From the NCBI RefSeq assembly GCF_000497125.1, contig NC_090600.1:186001-250000 (forward strand): a DNA stretch of 64,000 nt, read 5' to 3'. Origin of the DNA: Spironucleus salmonicida. Taxonomy: Eukaryota. Positions 49,301-61,437 of the stretch are shown here, in pieces. The notes beneath the pieces are model-generated. The model was given only the letters and a program-made list of their open reading frames with translations. It was not told the DNA's origin and searched no databases. Both the position numbers and the translations under genes were made by a program. Positions within the stretch are counted from its first letter, which is position 1; the number at the start of each line of letters is the position of its first letter.

Positions 49301-51389
49301 TTTTAAGTACTACAGATTCTATCTCTGAAATACTTCTAACAGTTTCAATACCTTAATCATAGATTTGAGTAAGCTACGTTTTGAATTCCGATAGGTTTGT
49401 AGCAAATTAGAAAGAATGTATCATAAGCTCTGAATCATCAGGTTCTTAGATTTTAGGTTGGTCTTACTCTACAATTTCTTCTTCTGGTCCTTTTTCTGCT
49501 TCATCGTCAACTGCAATTTTAGAGTTAGGATCTAAACATTAAACACCATAAATATAACCCGATTCATATTTTTCTAAGAAATTTCTCTCTTCAATTGAAG
49601 CAGGCACTTATTAAATAATAATACCAATATTGAAAATAGGAGCTCTGTAACAGCAAACATTAAGCTCACCGTCATCTTCGTATGGTTTATTTTCCTCGTG
49701 CTTGGAGATAACATATGATGTGGAATCTGACTTCACACTCCATTTACTATGATGTTCTATCATCCTACAAAAATCATCAGTAGAATTGCTTACTAATATT
49801 CTGAGAGTGTCTTCAAGTTATAACTAAACTCGTTTTAAAAATCTTTTAAGATACATTTTATCATAAATGTCCCGATCTTTAACTTCTATCTAGAATTATT
49901 TGCCAAATGATATTAAACTCTTTGTAAGATTTGGTTACTTTAAATTTTTATAACTGGCATTTGCCTAATTCTAAGATATTAATTATATTCTTTCAATACT
50001 TTATCTTACCTCAAACTATAAATCCTGAAGCTATTATACGATACTATTTCTAATCTATCCTAACCAAGTCTATTCCAATCTAGACTTTAAAGCTCTTTGA
50101 TGGGCAAATTAACTAGCTCGAAAATCTTCTAGAGATAGAGTTTTGCTACTTAATGGTAAAACAGGAGTGGGATAAGCTTTATGAATTACAAATAAAGATG
50201 TTTATTACTCTGTATAACATTCTGGATTTAATGAATTTTTAAGTAAAAAGTCTAATGAAATAGTAGTCTACAGTAGTTCTTCACAATAATTTTAAGTCTA
50301 CGCTTGTGATTTAACTATCTATTTTAGTGTAAAAAGTGAGTTTTCGTTTAGTTTTGTACGTGAATTCTTAAAATTTTATACTAGATAAATTCCTACATTA
50401 AGCAATAAGCTTTATTCATCAATAATAGGTTCTCCAGATTCTGTAAATTAACAATTAGATGGTAAAAATGAATCTCTTGTACTAGGGGTGATCAAATATT
50501 TATAAATCTTCTCTGATTTTTCAACATTATAAAATCGGACAATTTTTTATCTAACAACTTCTTCAACTGCAAGTTATAATCCTAACTCGGACACAAATGC
50601 AGGATTACGCTCTAATTATTGTTCGAAAAGTATTTAGTTCTAAGCAACCAAAAATTATCTACCGACATCATCCATTAAATTTGGTAATTATAGGTCAACT
50701 ACTTTAGTTTTAATACTTTCTTAGGTCTCTTTCGCGAGAGATTTAACGATACAATATGTTGCATGGGGCTTTGCTAGCTCTTCGATTTCCTATCGTAATG
50801 CGGAATGGAAAGGGGAAAGACCTTAAATTGGCATCTTATTTACATAGTTTTATAGCCTTCTAGTTTATTAAGCTTATAATCTATAAAAATGAGCATTTTC
50901 AAGTCTTTATAAATGCAAAAATGGGTCTTCACCCCAAATGAAAACATAAATCTTGTGTATTTTAAATGATCTTCCATCATCTGAAATAACGCGAACTTTA
51001 TCATCTAATATATGGGTAATTCGACCTTCTTACCAAGTTTTGGTTAAAAATTCACAGTATAATATTTTTGTATCATTTGTAGAAGTCACAGATTCCCAAA
51101 ATTATGATAATGTCTTAGATTCAAATGCTGAATCATCGAAGTCTTCTAATGGCATAATAGCGCGCTCTGAATGGAGTTTCTCGCCAAACTCGTTGAATGC
51201 TTCAGAATAGTCAGTTGCAGCAAGCGCAAGCCTACGGCGCTCGAGTGCTACATGATATGGGAGCTGTCCTGGTTAAGGCACTTTAGAAATGTGTATAAGA
51301 GGGTCTGCCATTAATGATAAAAGACGCTACTGTTTTTCTGTTAATTAAGGCTTTTAGTGGCTAAGGGACTTCACAGATTTTCCAAGCAT
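37356..51389 (-). CDS. DNAH1: Axonemal inner-arm dynein heavy chain, DNAH1-like (about 4677 aa)
   Basis: N-terminal [33 protein letters not shown]1 [13 protein letters not shown]3 [11 protein letters not shown]4 GVGGVGRQSL, C-terminal [10 protein letters not shown]...HWIKRSVAL; same frame at every point checked. Confidence 0.95.
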
Positions 51390-51871
51390 ATTTTAAAATT
51401 GCGGAAAGAATAAATTTAATATTAAAATATATATATAATAATACTGTTTAGCAGTGATACTAAATGTTATATCTTTATAGAAAAGCTTTTTTAAAGTTAA
51501 AATTAAATAGCAATTCCTATAAATTTTAATTTAAAGATAAATATAGTTAATTTCATACTTAAAAGATTTTATACCTAAAGAATCTTATTTGGATATAATT
51601 TTGAATAGATAAAGATTCATACACATGCTAGTAGTTAACATAAATTATTATTATTATTATTATATTAATGAAAATTGTTATTCAAATTATTGTATCAATT
51701 ACATAGAAAAACTAGTATGAGAATATTTGATAACAAGTATCTATTAAATAATATTTCAATATAATTCAGTTAAATTGTATAATAATATTGTATAGCTTTA
51801 AAACAGTTAAGTTTTGCATAAGTATAATTCAAATATTATGGTATTGTAATTCATAATAAGCCTAATTTAAA

Positions 51872-52624
51872 ATGAAAAGAGGTATATTTGAATATAAGTT
51901 TGATACACATACACACACTACTAACTCAGATGGGCAAAACGATGAATAGTAAATATTGACATATGCGGCATACTAAAAATGTATACTATTTTCCATTACT
52001 GATCATGATTATTTAACCATTCCATTTGATTATAAGTTTCTCTATCTACCAGGAGTTGAGATTTCGACAAATTATAAAAATTGCAATTTCCATTTACTAG
52101 CATACTTCCCTCAGTTAGCTATTTCAAAATAGTCTTCTTATGTATTTTCTGGTTAAGAAGTGGCTTTTAACTAAGATATTGAACAGAGAAATAAATTTTA
52201 CAATTCACCATAATTCCTTAATTTTCAAGCTATGCTCTTTTAGTTAAGAGAATTAAGAGTTGAACGAGTTAAAAGTTTAGTTTCTGAAGAAGAGCTCGCA
52301 AAAGCCTAATCAAAATCTAAGTCAATTTCTAGGAATCACTTTAAAAATGTAACATTACCTGATTTTGGAGGTCTAGCAATATCTGAAATTGGTTAGATTT
52401 TGATTGAATCAAAATGCAAATTGTGTTTTGCCCATCCTTGGCATGCAGAAAGTGCAAATTAGATAAGATAATATTTGAAGGAGACATTTCCAGGATAATA
52501 TTTGGGAGAAGAAGGAAGGGAGATGTTTGGCAGTGACTATCATGGCAAGGGACGTGTTGGAAGAAAAGTAAAAGGAGATTTAGCCATTTAAATAATAATG
52601 AGAATATTTGGAAATGTCAATTGA
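51872..52624 (+). CDS. PHP-domain metal-dependent phosphoesterase (YciV/TrpH-like)
   Basis: DTHTHTTNSDG, SITDHD, LPGVEIST, FHLLAY, FAHP, GSDYHG. Confidence 0.9.
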
Positions 52625-52911
52625 AGTACAGTTTACAATGAGTTTTATATTTTATATATCACACTACTTATATTTAAGATATATTTATATATCTAAAGGC
52701 TTAATAAGAAAATAATCAAAGCATGATATTTATTTGGATAATTTCATTAAATTATAAATTATATAATATAAATAAATGGTAAATTTATAATATTTATTAA
52801 TTATAGGATACTTACTTGCCTTAATTAATATTTTGACAAATCAACTTGAATTTTGATTTTACAAATTGTAGAAATTAATGGAATAGTTAACGTAACTGGA
52901 TGAGTTATTTT

Positions 52912-53826
52912 TCACTCGACTACCATATCTCTAACAGCATCAACCTTTTTACCTAATACTCCCATTTATCCTAAGAAACTACAAACATAATGGCTATGAA
53001 AAAGATCGGGTGGATTTCCTTATCTATCGGCGATGCCGCCAGATTAATCTTAACATTCTGTTACAAACGAATAAAGTATATCTTCATTAAAACGAACCCC
53101 TAACACTTTTAAAGTTGCTGCTGCCCACATACAATAACATGCATCTGGAAGTTTATTTTACCTACCACAAAATCCACCTAATGACGTTTAAAGCTACAAT
53201 AAAAATATAGAGAACCCACTTATCTAAGCTTCTGATAAGCGACTAAAAGTATTCAATATTTTTAATCCACAAACAACACAATATACTTAAGCCGCATGTG
53301 AAATTGCATTCGGAACAGCACCAGCCCCACCATCGTCATTAATGCAGCTAATAAGGAAATTAGTACAATTTTCAACGATTTTATCGTCTAAAACAAAATT
53401 AAACTACGTGCATAATGCCTCTAAGGCAATTATAGTAAATAGTGTTAATCTAGAATCGACTTCTTCGATAAAATTATCTGATTTGAATCCTTAAATGGTT
53501 GATAAATCCTACAGTGCCGCAAAAGTTAATTCTGGGGATATTAATTAGTTTAAAGCGGATAAATTTCGAAGAGTAAGGATAGCAAAGGAAGTTGCATGTG
53601 CTTCTGGTAAACCATTAATTGTATGCGCAAATAAATAAGATTTTTGATCATACATTGACAAGACTTCAGAAATAATAGTGTTATTATTGAATTAAACATT
53701 TAATTATATTAATGTCGATGTCCACATATGTAATGACCACATTCGCATATAAGATTCATGAGCTGCTTATGTATCGTTATTCCAAGATAATAAAAATTAT
53801 GTCAATGATTCAGTATTTAAATTCAT
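52912..53826 (-). CDS. RABGGTB: Prenyltransferase beta subunit, most like Rab geranylgeranyltransferase beta
   Basis: EVDSRL, DGGAG...ISHAAQVYC, GFCGRQNKLPDACYCMW, GGIADRQGNPPDLFHSH. Confidence 0.85.
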
Positions 53827-53876
53827 TTAAAATTTTACTTATATTATATTATTAATAATTAATTTTTGAAATTCGA

Positions 53877-54473
53877 ATGTCGATTGATGCTGAGACACGG
53901 TTAAGAAATGAGAGAACTTTATTGAAAAGTGAATTGCCAAATGGGTTCTTTGCTAGACCAGTGCCTATAAAGTAAAATAATTAGCTATCAAAAACAGAAC
54001 TAGATTACTTTACTTGGATTTGTGGTATCCCCGGTAGATCTAATTCTCTTTATGATGGATGTACATTATTGTTGTATTTATTCTTTCCTAAAGATTACCC
54101 AAAATCGCCACCGAAATGTTAGTTTGACCCACCTCTTTTTCATCCAAATATTTATCCAAGTGGAAGTATTTGTCTGAGCCTAATAAATAAGGAGACTTGG
54201 AAATAGGATGTGAGCATAAAATCAATGCTAGTTGGAATATAAATGCTATTAGATGAACCAAATATTAGTTCTCCAGCCTAGTAAGAAGCATTTTAATGTC
54301 TTAAATCAAATAGGACACTTTATGATAAAAAAGTTAAAGAATTTGTGCATAAATTTCCAACAACAGGTTTTAAGGATAGAATTCAAAAGCTTGTTAATTC
54401 AGGAGAATTTAGGACTACAATATAATAGGCGGTTTAAATTAATAGAAATAATTAAATTCTTGATTTTGACTGA
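53877..54473 (+). CDS. UBC9: SUMO-conjugating enzyme Ubc9 with C-terminal extension
   Basis: [57 protein letters not shown]. Confidence 0.92.
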
Positions 54474-54594
54474 ATTCTTAATATGTTTTACTACTGTAAA
54501 TTATTAGTATAAATATATAGAATAAACTTTAGTTCAACATATAAATAATTCATTATGATATACTATTTATTCATATACTACAGTGTACTCGTTA

Positions 54595-55122
54595 ATGACC
54601 TTAAATTTTTTTTAGTCTCCGAACGCTAAAAGGCAACCATCATATAGAATATCTGAACGATTTAATTAGACAGGTTCATAATATTCCCCAGGTCCATGTG
54701 AATATCAAAAAATTTCAACCTTTGGAGATTCTGCTAAAACATCTAGACTATAAAAACACAGATTAAATTCTATAATATCTTCTGTTTAAAATACTAACAT
54801 TATTAATTTTACTATTAATCGCATCAAAGATAAAGAATGTTTGCCTGCTCCAAATGCTTATTCTCCTAACTATAAAGTAATCGATAAGTAATAGCCTTAG
54901 ACACGTAGCATTTATACTAAATTCTATAGAAAAAATTAGTAAAGATAGGATCCTGGTCCTGGATACTATAATCCTGAGTTTAAGTCAGGTTCACCGTCTT
55001 ATACTATGCGGTTTAAATGTGATACATAAGATAATGATAAATTTGGTTTCCCTTCTCCTAATTAGTATTAAAGGTTACCAAATATCAATAATGATTTTAC
55101 ATTAAAGACAAAAAAGTAGTGA
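54595..55122 (+). CDS. SHIPPO/ODF3-type PGP-repeat protein
   Basis: SPGPCEY, LPAPNAY, DPGPGYY and FPSPNQY repeats. Confidence 0.85.
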
Positions 55123-55183
55123 CTGAAGTATAGTTTATATATAAATAAAATTTTACGTTGTTCTCATAGAGAATACTATTTTA

Positions 55184-55660
55184 ATGACAACTATAATCAA
55201 TCTCAAGAAATCTATATCATCAAAGGCTCCTACATTTGTAATATCTAATAGATATCACGAATAAATAGTTGAACAAACACCAGGGTAAGGTTTTTATAAT
55301 GTTATAAAAATTTCAAAAAGAACTTTGTCTCCAATGTTTAAAAAACATATTTTGGATGATGAAACTAAATAGTTATAAGTAGGTAAAGATCTGTTACCAC
55401 CTATTAAATTTAAAAGCTAGTTATCTCCTGCATATTACAGCCCCAAAAATAGTATACCAATCAAATAATATACAATTCAATCTAAGTATTATTAGAAGTA
55501 TGTTTGTTAGCATTTCTTACCAGGGCCATAAACATACTATAAATAATCATCACATACCTCACCTGGAATTTCTATAAAATTCCGTCCATTTTAACATGAA
55601 TAGGCAGCAACACCTAGCTCAGATTTATATTAATCTACAATAAATAAGAATTAAAAGTGA
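55184..55660 (+). CDS. SHIPPO/ODF3-type PGP-repeat protein
   Basis: TPGQGFY, LSPAYY, LPGPQTY and TPSSDLY repeats. Confidence 0.8.
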
Positions 55661-55721
55661 ATAACCATTCATATCTCAAGTATTATATATAATATTCATT
55701 AATTCCAAAAACAGAAATAAA

Positions 55722-56204
55722 ATGGATAAATTACTATAACCAAACATAGCTCATGCGCCAGCATATTCTCTATCATCAAGAAGCTATATCAAACCATTGA
55801 GCAGTGTTCCTAGTCCATTAGAATATCAAAAGGTTAATATATGGAGACCCTCCACTGGTTACAAATTACCGCGGAATTTTTGTCCACAGAAGACGGTGGT
55901 GTAAGAATAACTATCATTTCAATCAAAACCTAGAATTACTATAGACGAAACTCCTGGTCCTTCAAGTTACTATGTGGATTTATATGGGCCTAAAATAAAA
56001 TCTAAGACAACGCGCAAATAAAGTAATTATAATTAATAAGAATTAGGCCGAAAGTTGAATTTAAATGTCGAAGAATAATACAAGCCTAGGAATAAAATTT
56101 TAATGAGTTCATAAAAAACTAGTAAACCGAATATAAATTATTATGATTAGTGGGCAACTGGAAAAGAGTGGATGGCGACTATTAGAGCGATGCCGTTTAA
56201 ATGA
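55722..56204 (+). CDS. SHIPPO/ODF3-type PGP-repeat protein
   Basis: APAYSLSSR, VPSPLEY and TPGPSSY. Confidence 0.78.
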
Positions 56205-56254
56205 TCTATTTTATAATAAATATTAATTTTGTTTATTATTTTTCACTTCTTATA

Positions 56255-56689
56255 ATGGAAGACTAAAATTATGTTAAAAATCTTATTCTCTAAATTTCTG
56301 GTATAGGTTAGTTAGGCATTTAAGATGGAACCTTTGATAAGGCATGGAAACCAAAATCAAGACTTATCTAGGAATAGCGTGTGACAAGAGAGATATTACA
56401 GTAGGTATTTGATCCTTTCGGAGTTATTTTGCATATTAACTATATGGCAGGACGTGATACAGCTGTTTTACGATTTAAAGGTGATGTAGAAAAAACACCA
56501 GAAAAATAAACTCCCCCTTAAGTTATTGTTTAATAATTTTCAGATAATGGGTTAGTCTTAGGTGGCCAATAAGTTAAACTTGAAATACTATCAGGTTAAG
56601 AAGAGTAAAAAATATGGGCATTTTTACTTAAAAAGGGTGTATAAAAAAGTCAATAAAGGCAAAAAGGCCAATTTAAATAAAAACACTGA
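56255..56689 (+). CDS. Stand-alone La/LARP7-type xRRM RNA-binding protein (144 aa)
   Basis: TREILQQVFDPFGVILHINYMAGRDTAVLRF...VKLEILSGQEEQKIWAFL followed by a basic tail. Confidence 0.75.
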
Positions 56690-56699
56690 TATAAATATT

Positions 56700-57509
56700 T
56701 CACTTATAATCCTTTTAGTCCAACGTTCTTGGAGTCAAGATATCATTACACTTTCCTAATTTAAGTATAGGTGCATCACAAAGCTTAGATTAGTTTAAAA
56801 GATTATTAACTATATCTTCATTGCATACTTTTTGTTCAACATAGCTTCTTTCATACTTTTGCATGAAAGGTGAAGTTGTACAAGATTTATTATTTTAAGT
56901 TACACATCTATTATCATAAGAAACTTCCGTAGTTAATAAAGTTGAAGAACCGTGTACTTTGTTGCACTTTTAACACTTTTTAGAACAAAATTTGTCGTTA
57001 ACTTACTATATTGCCTCGTCTATTGCATTTTAAAATGTCTCATTAGAAGCAAGGACCTATCCTTGTAGGATTTAAATTCCAGGAACTTCCAATATGTTGT
57101 TTGCCAAGTCTTTCAAGACTATAAGTTCAGATTTTACTTTATTAATCATCTCTACAGCTTTATATAAATCTAATTTATAATCAAAGTCGGCCCCTTTGAC
57201 ACGTTAAACTATAGGGTTCTCAAGAGAGAAAAGTTTTTCTTATAGAGTCAAATTTTCTTCTTTTGATTTATTGAATTAGTTCTATACATATTATAACTCA
57301 TTTGTTAGAGACATAACTTGATTTTTTAAGGAGGTTTGATCTTAGATAGAGTTTTAAAGTTAATTTTACAGCATTTTTATTTATTCATGCTATGCTTTTT
57401 AGGGAGAGTAAGATATAACAGGTTAAAAGGTATCCGTAAGATGAGAACCTAAATCTTTATTGGTTTAATTTTTATTAAAAGAATTTAGCTTGGAGGATAG
57501 CATTGACAT
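56700..57509 (-). CDS. Hypothetical coiled-coil protein with a Cys cluster (269 aa)
   Basis: Open code-6 frame; FCSKKCQKCNKVH; ends AAG TGA. Confidence 0.7.
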
Positions 57510-57916
57510 AATGGAATAAAGCGGAATAGATTATGCTAGAAATAATATATTTTAATTGATATATTATTATATACCTCTTAATAGCGGATTTGTTTTCTCA
57601 ATATTAAGTATATAATTATTAGTATTCTATTTTTAAATTCCATAAAGCAGGTCTTAGTTATGAATCTAGCTAAAAATAGATTTAGAAAGTATAGTCGATA
57701 TTAAAATGTTATAAATCTATGTATTTATGATAATATGGATAATTTCTTAATAATTTAATAGTTTCTACTTAATAGAGTTTAAATAATTTAATTTTATTTG
57801 CACATTTAAAATACCATAAATGACACTAAACATCTCAATATGAATTTAAATCTCATTAATTCTATTTTAAAAGATAAGAACAAGTAATAGCAAAAAATTA
57901 TAGAAAATTAAAAAGA

Positions 57917-59242
57917 TCACCACTTACTAGCATATGTTCCAGAAACTGTTTTCATCTTAAGCTCCTTGTTGACCTTGTCGTTAACACCTGATACACCCAT
58001 ATTTACTGTGAAAACTCTAATTTCAACACCAGAAGCGGTGTACATTGGTACTTCGAAATTCATCAAAATGTGAGGCTTCTTCCATTCTCTTAAGTCTTCA
58101 TTTTAAACAGTTTCTGTGTTAAATTCAACCTGTAACTCGGCTTGAATACCACTTTCCAAATTACCAATTCTCCATTCCACAAAATCACCTTCTTTTCTAA
58201 GTTTAGCCTTACCTTACTTGATATTCTAAATTATACATTAGTTCAAATTTTAAGGAGTAGGTACTAAAATTCTTACATCCGAGCACAATAAATCGCTAAA
58301 AACAACAAAATTAGCAGTTCCTCTGCTCCTTCCGTGTGCAACGAAGCTAGGTCTTATTTTTAAAGGTTGACGGATCTATTCTGAAATTCTGAAATTCATC
58401 AGAGTAAATTGACCGTCTGGAGGAGTGAAAGTAATTTAACGTTTTTCAGCAAAATTATTGAGCCTGACACATTAATGGAAAGTTGTGTCGTCTAAAACTA
58501 CCGCATCAAGAGGAGAAATTTGCTTCTATTTTGTTTTAGAAAGCTCGCTTGCAGAAGCTCCAAAAGTTTAATTTTATTGTTATTGCATTTGGCGATCATT
58601 AAGAGATATTTAACAATCAGGCATTCCAGAAAGTTAACAATTAATGTTGATCTATCCTGTGACATCGGCATGGAGCAAATCACCTGTTTGAGAATAAAGT
58701 GAGTTTAATTTTTCTACTAATTCAAGGGAGATCTCATTGTTTTTATATTTTATATCAGCAGAGCGATAGTTAACTTACTTGGTGGCTTGAATAGTTACCT
58801 CTTGCTCCTAAATTTTTTTGACAGTTGGCTCACCTTACTAAATGAATAATTTAAGAACTTCTGGATCAGTAGTGACAATTTCACCATTATCAACCATTTC
58901 GTCTAACATCTCCTAGAAGAATATTTAAGTAGTAGTTATATCTTCAACAGTAAGCTACTCTCCACCATAGAAAGAAATCATGACTTCCCAGATTTTTTAT
59001 AAGAAATAAACTGCAGCCATGCAGTCTGACTCAGCAGAAATAGATGCAAAGAAATGGAACAGTTATTGCTTCTTATAAGCATATACTCTTGAACCTGTTG
59101 TAAAAACTGGTTCCTATACATTACCAGCCAACACATATGAACGCAATAACTAAAAATCTGCAGTGGTTGTCTTATGACAATAATCTCTGTGGATAATAAC
59201 ATGTCCATCGCCAGAATAAATAGAAATTGAATTGATTGGCAT
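57917..59242 (-). CDS. AP2M1: Clathrin adaptor mu subunit, most like AP-2 mu2
   Basis: EMLDEMVDNG, YRSADIKYKNNEI, LSGMPDC, FHQCVRL, FTPPDGQFTLM, WKKPHILMNFEVP. Confidence 0.9.
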
Positions 59243-59380
59243 TTAATGAAGTGGACAGAAAATATCGATTTACCATAGTATACTTTATTATATAAATTTA
59301 TATAAAAATATTAAATAAAATATATTTTCTTAAATTATATATAAATTCATATTCATATCGTTTTCATTCCTGCAACAGTT

Positions 59381-59938
59381 ATGACTGTAGTTCACCTTAT
59401 TGGTTATCCAGGTTCTGGTAAAGGAGTTGTTGCAGATGCACTATAATAAAGTGCAGGTTTTGTACCATATTCAGTAGGAGAGTTAATGAGGAATGAGATA
59501 AGACTTGATACAGATCTTGGAAAATAATTAAAATTTATTGATTCTGGTAAAATAGCTCCACCTCATTTAGCTATGGAAGTACTAAAGAAGAATGTTACAA
59601 ACAGTGATAAAATAACTTTGGATGGGTTTCCTAGAAATATTTTATAAGCCGAAGCTTATTTAAACTAAATTGGTAAGCCTGACTTAACGATACTGGTAAA
59701 TGTTTCTGAGAAGGTAGCCATTTAACGGTTAATGAATCGTGCTAAGAATAGTAGTAGGAAAGATGACAACGAAGAAGTATTTTAAAACCGTATTACTGCT
59801 TACAAAAATGAGACATATCCGTGTGTTGACTATTTAAGATAAAAAGGATGCAATGTTACTGAAATAAATGGTGAAATCAGCATTGAAGAGATGTAGTAAG
59901 AAGCTATTAGCAAAATTCTGAATCTAATAAATAAATGA
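59381..59938 (+). CDS. Adenylate/UMP-CMP kinase family protein (short LID)
   Basis: IGYPGSGKG, SVGELMR, LDGFPR, RKDDNEE. Confidence 0.93.
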
Positions 59939-59978
59939 ATTACGTATTATTATTTATTATATATTAATTTTTACCAGA

Positions 59979-60866
59979 ATGTTAACTAGCTAAATTATGA
60001 TACAGACCTAGCTTGAAAACAAAATATCTCGACTTGAAGATGAATTACTATATAAAACTAAAAATCTAGCTTAAATGACATTAAAATGTGAATCTTTATA
60101 GATTGTTGTTGATAGAATAAGTAGGAAAACATAAAGGACAACGAAAGCTTAATATCCTATTCAGCAAAACGCTAATTTAATTAATTAAATATTTTTTTTA
60201 GAATAAGAAAACAAAAAACTCAAGTTTCATATAGATTCGCCACCTCATGAAGATTTACATGAAATAATCGTAAGATCTTTGTAAGAGGAAATTATAGACC
60301 TGAAAACGCAGTTAGAAGATCAGTAAATAATTAATTCATCTTAGCTTTTAAATAATATTGAGCAATCTCTTTATGATGCAAATCTTAAGCTTAACACAGG
60401 GTAATCAAAAGAGCTTTAGTAGCTACGAAATGAAAATGCAAATTTAAAAAGAATATTATTAGTGCATAAATAGAATTTAAATTGTATTCTAGATAGTTCA
60501 GAAATTAAGGAAGCATTTACAATTTTTAGTTATTAAGAGCAAACTGAATTGGCCGGTAAGTTCTCTATTGATAAAATTCAAATAATTTTATAGATGTTTT
60601 GTGATTCGAATAATATTAACTATAGTGATTTAAAATATATCTGGGATCGTAATTTTGAGACGAAAGTGCGAGCTTTTCTAGTTTAACAAATTTTTTAAAA
60701 TGATTATGGTGAAAGAGTTAACTGTTAAGCTCAACTGTATGAAACTGATGATTGTGACACAAAAATCCTAGCCTGGTGCATGCTTATTATTTTCTTTATC
60801 ATGAATGGTGGAATAGTGAAGCATGGATAATATTTGATAGAGTAGTAGATTATTATGATTGTCTGA
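59979..60866 (+). CDS. Hypothetical coiled-coil protein (295 aa)
   Basis: Open code-6 frame with heptad-like N-terminal half. Confidence 0.7.
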
Positions 60867-61437
60867 AATCGCAGAATATTAATCTGTTATTTATTAAGTA
60901 TTACTATTTCGTATTTACTTTAAGATAAAATAATAAATTAACTATAAAAATTTCACAGTTGTAGTTCATAATGTGACGTTTATCGGTTTATTATATAAAT
61001 TTACATGAAATTAAGAAAATCTATAAAATTATACTAAGCAATTAATATGTTAACTAGATAAACTTTGTGGTCATAAATCTTAAGTCATTTAAAACTGATT
61101 TAATAAAATAGAAAACCATTTTAATTATTTATTTTTGGCACTTTAAGCCGTTTGTTGCATTCTTTATTTACTCATGCTATATAATAATAAATCAATTAAA
61201 ATTCTTTAGTTCTATAGTCAATACGACAAAATAAATATTATATTTCATCATAGTGCCGTACCATGCTGCTATTCAAGCTGCATGAATATATAAGTAATCT
61301 GCATGGTCTTAATTATTTTACTTTTAATATTTTTTTAATATTATAAAAAAACTCAGTTTTCAACATTATTAACATATTCTTTTCATCATTCTATCATATT
61401 TATAAAATAGCAAAAAAAACGCTGAAATTGCTTACCA

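Noticed and set aside
37356-51389. Fragmented, pseudogenised or trans-spliced dynein as in Giardia outer-arm genes
   Set aside because: All checked segments share one reading frame from ATG to TGA in code 6
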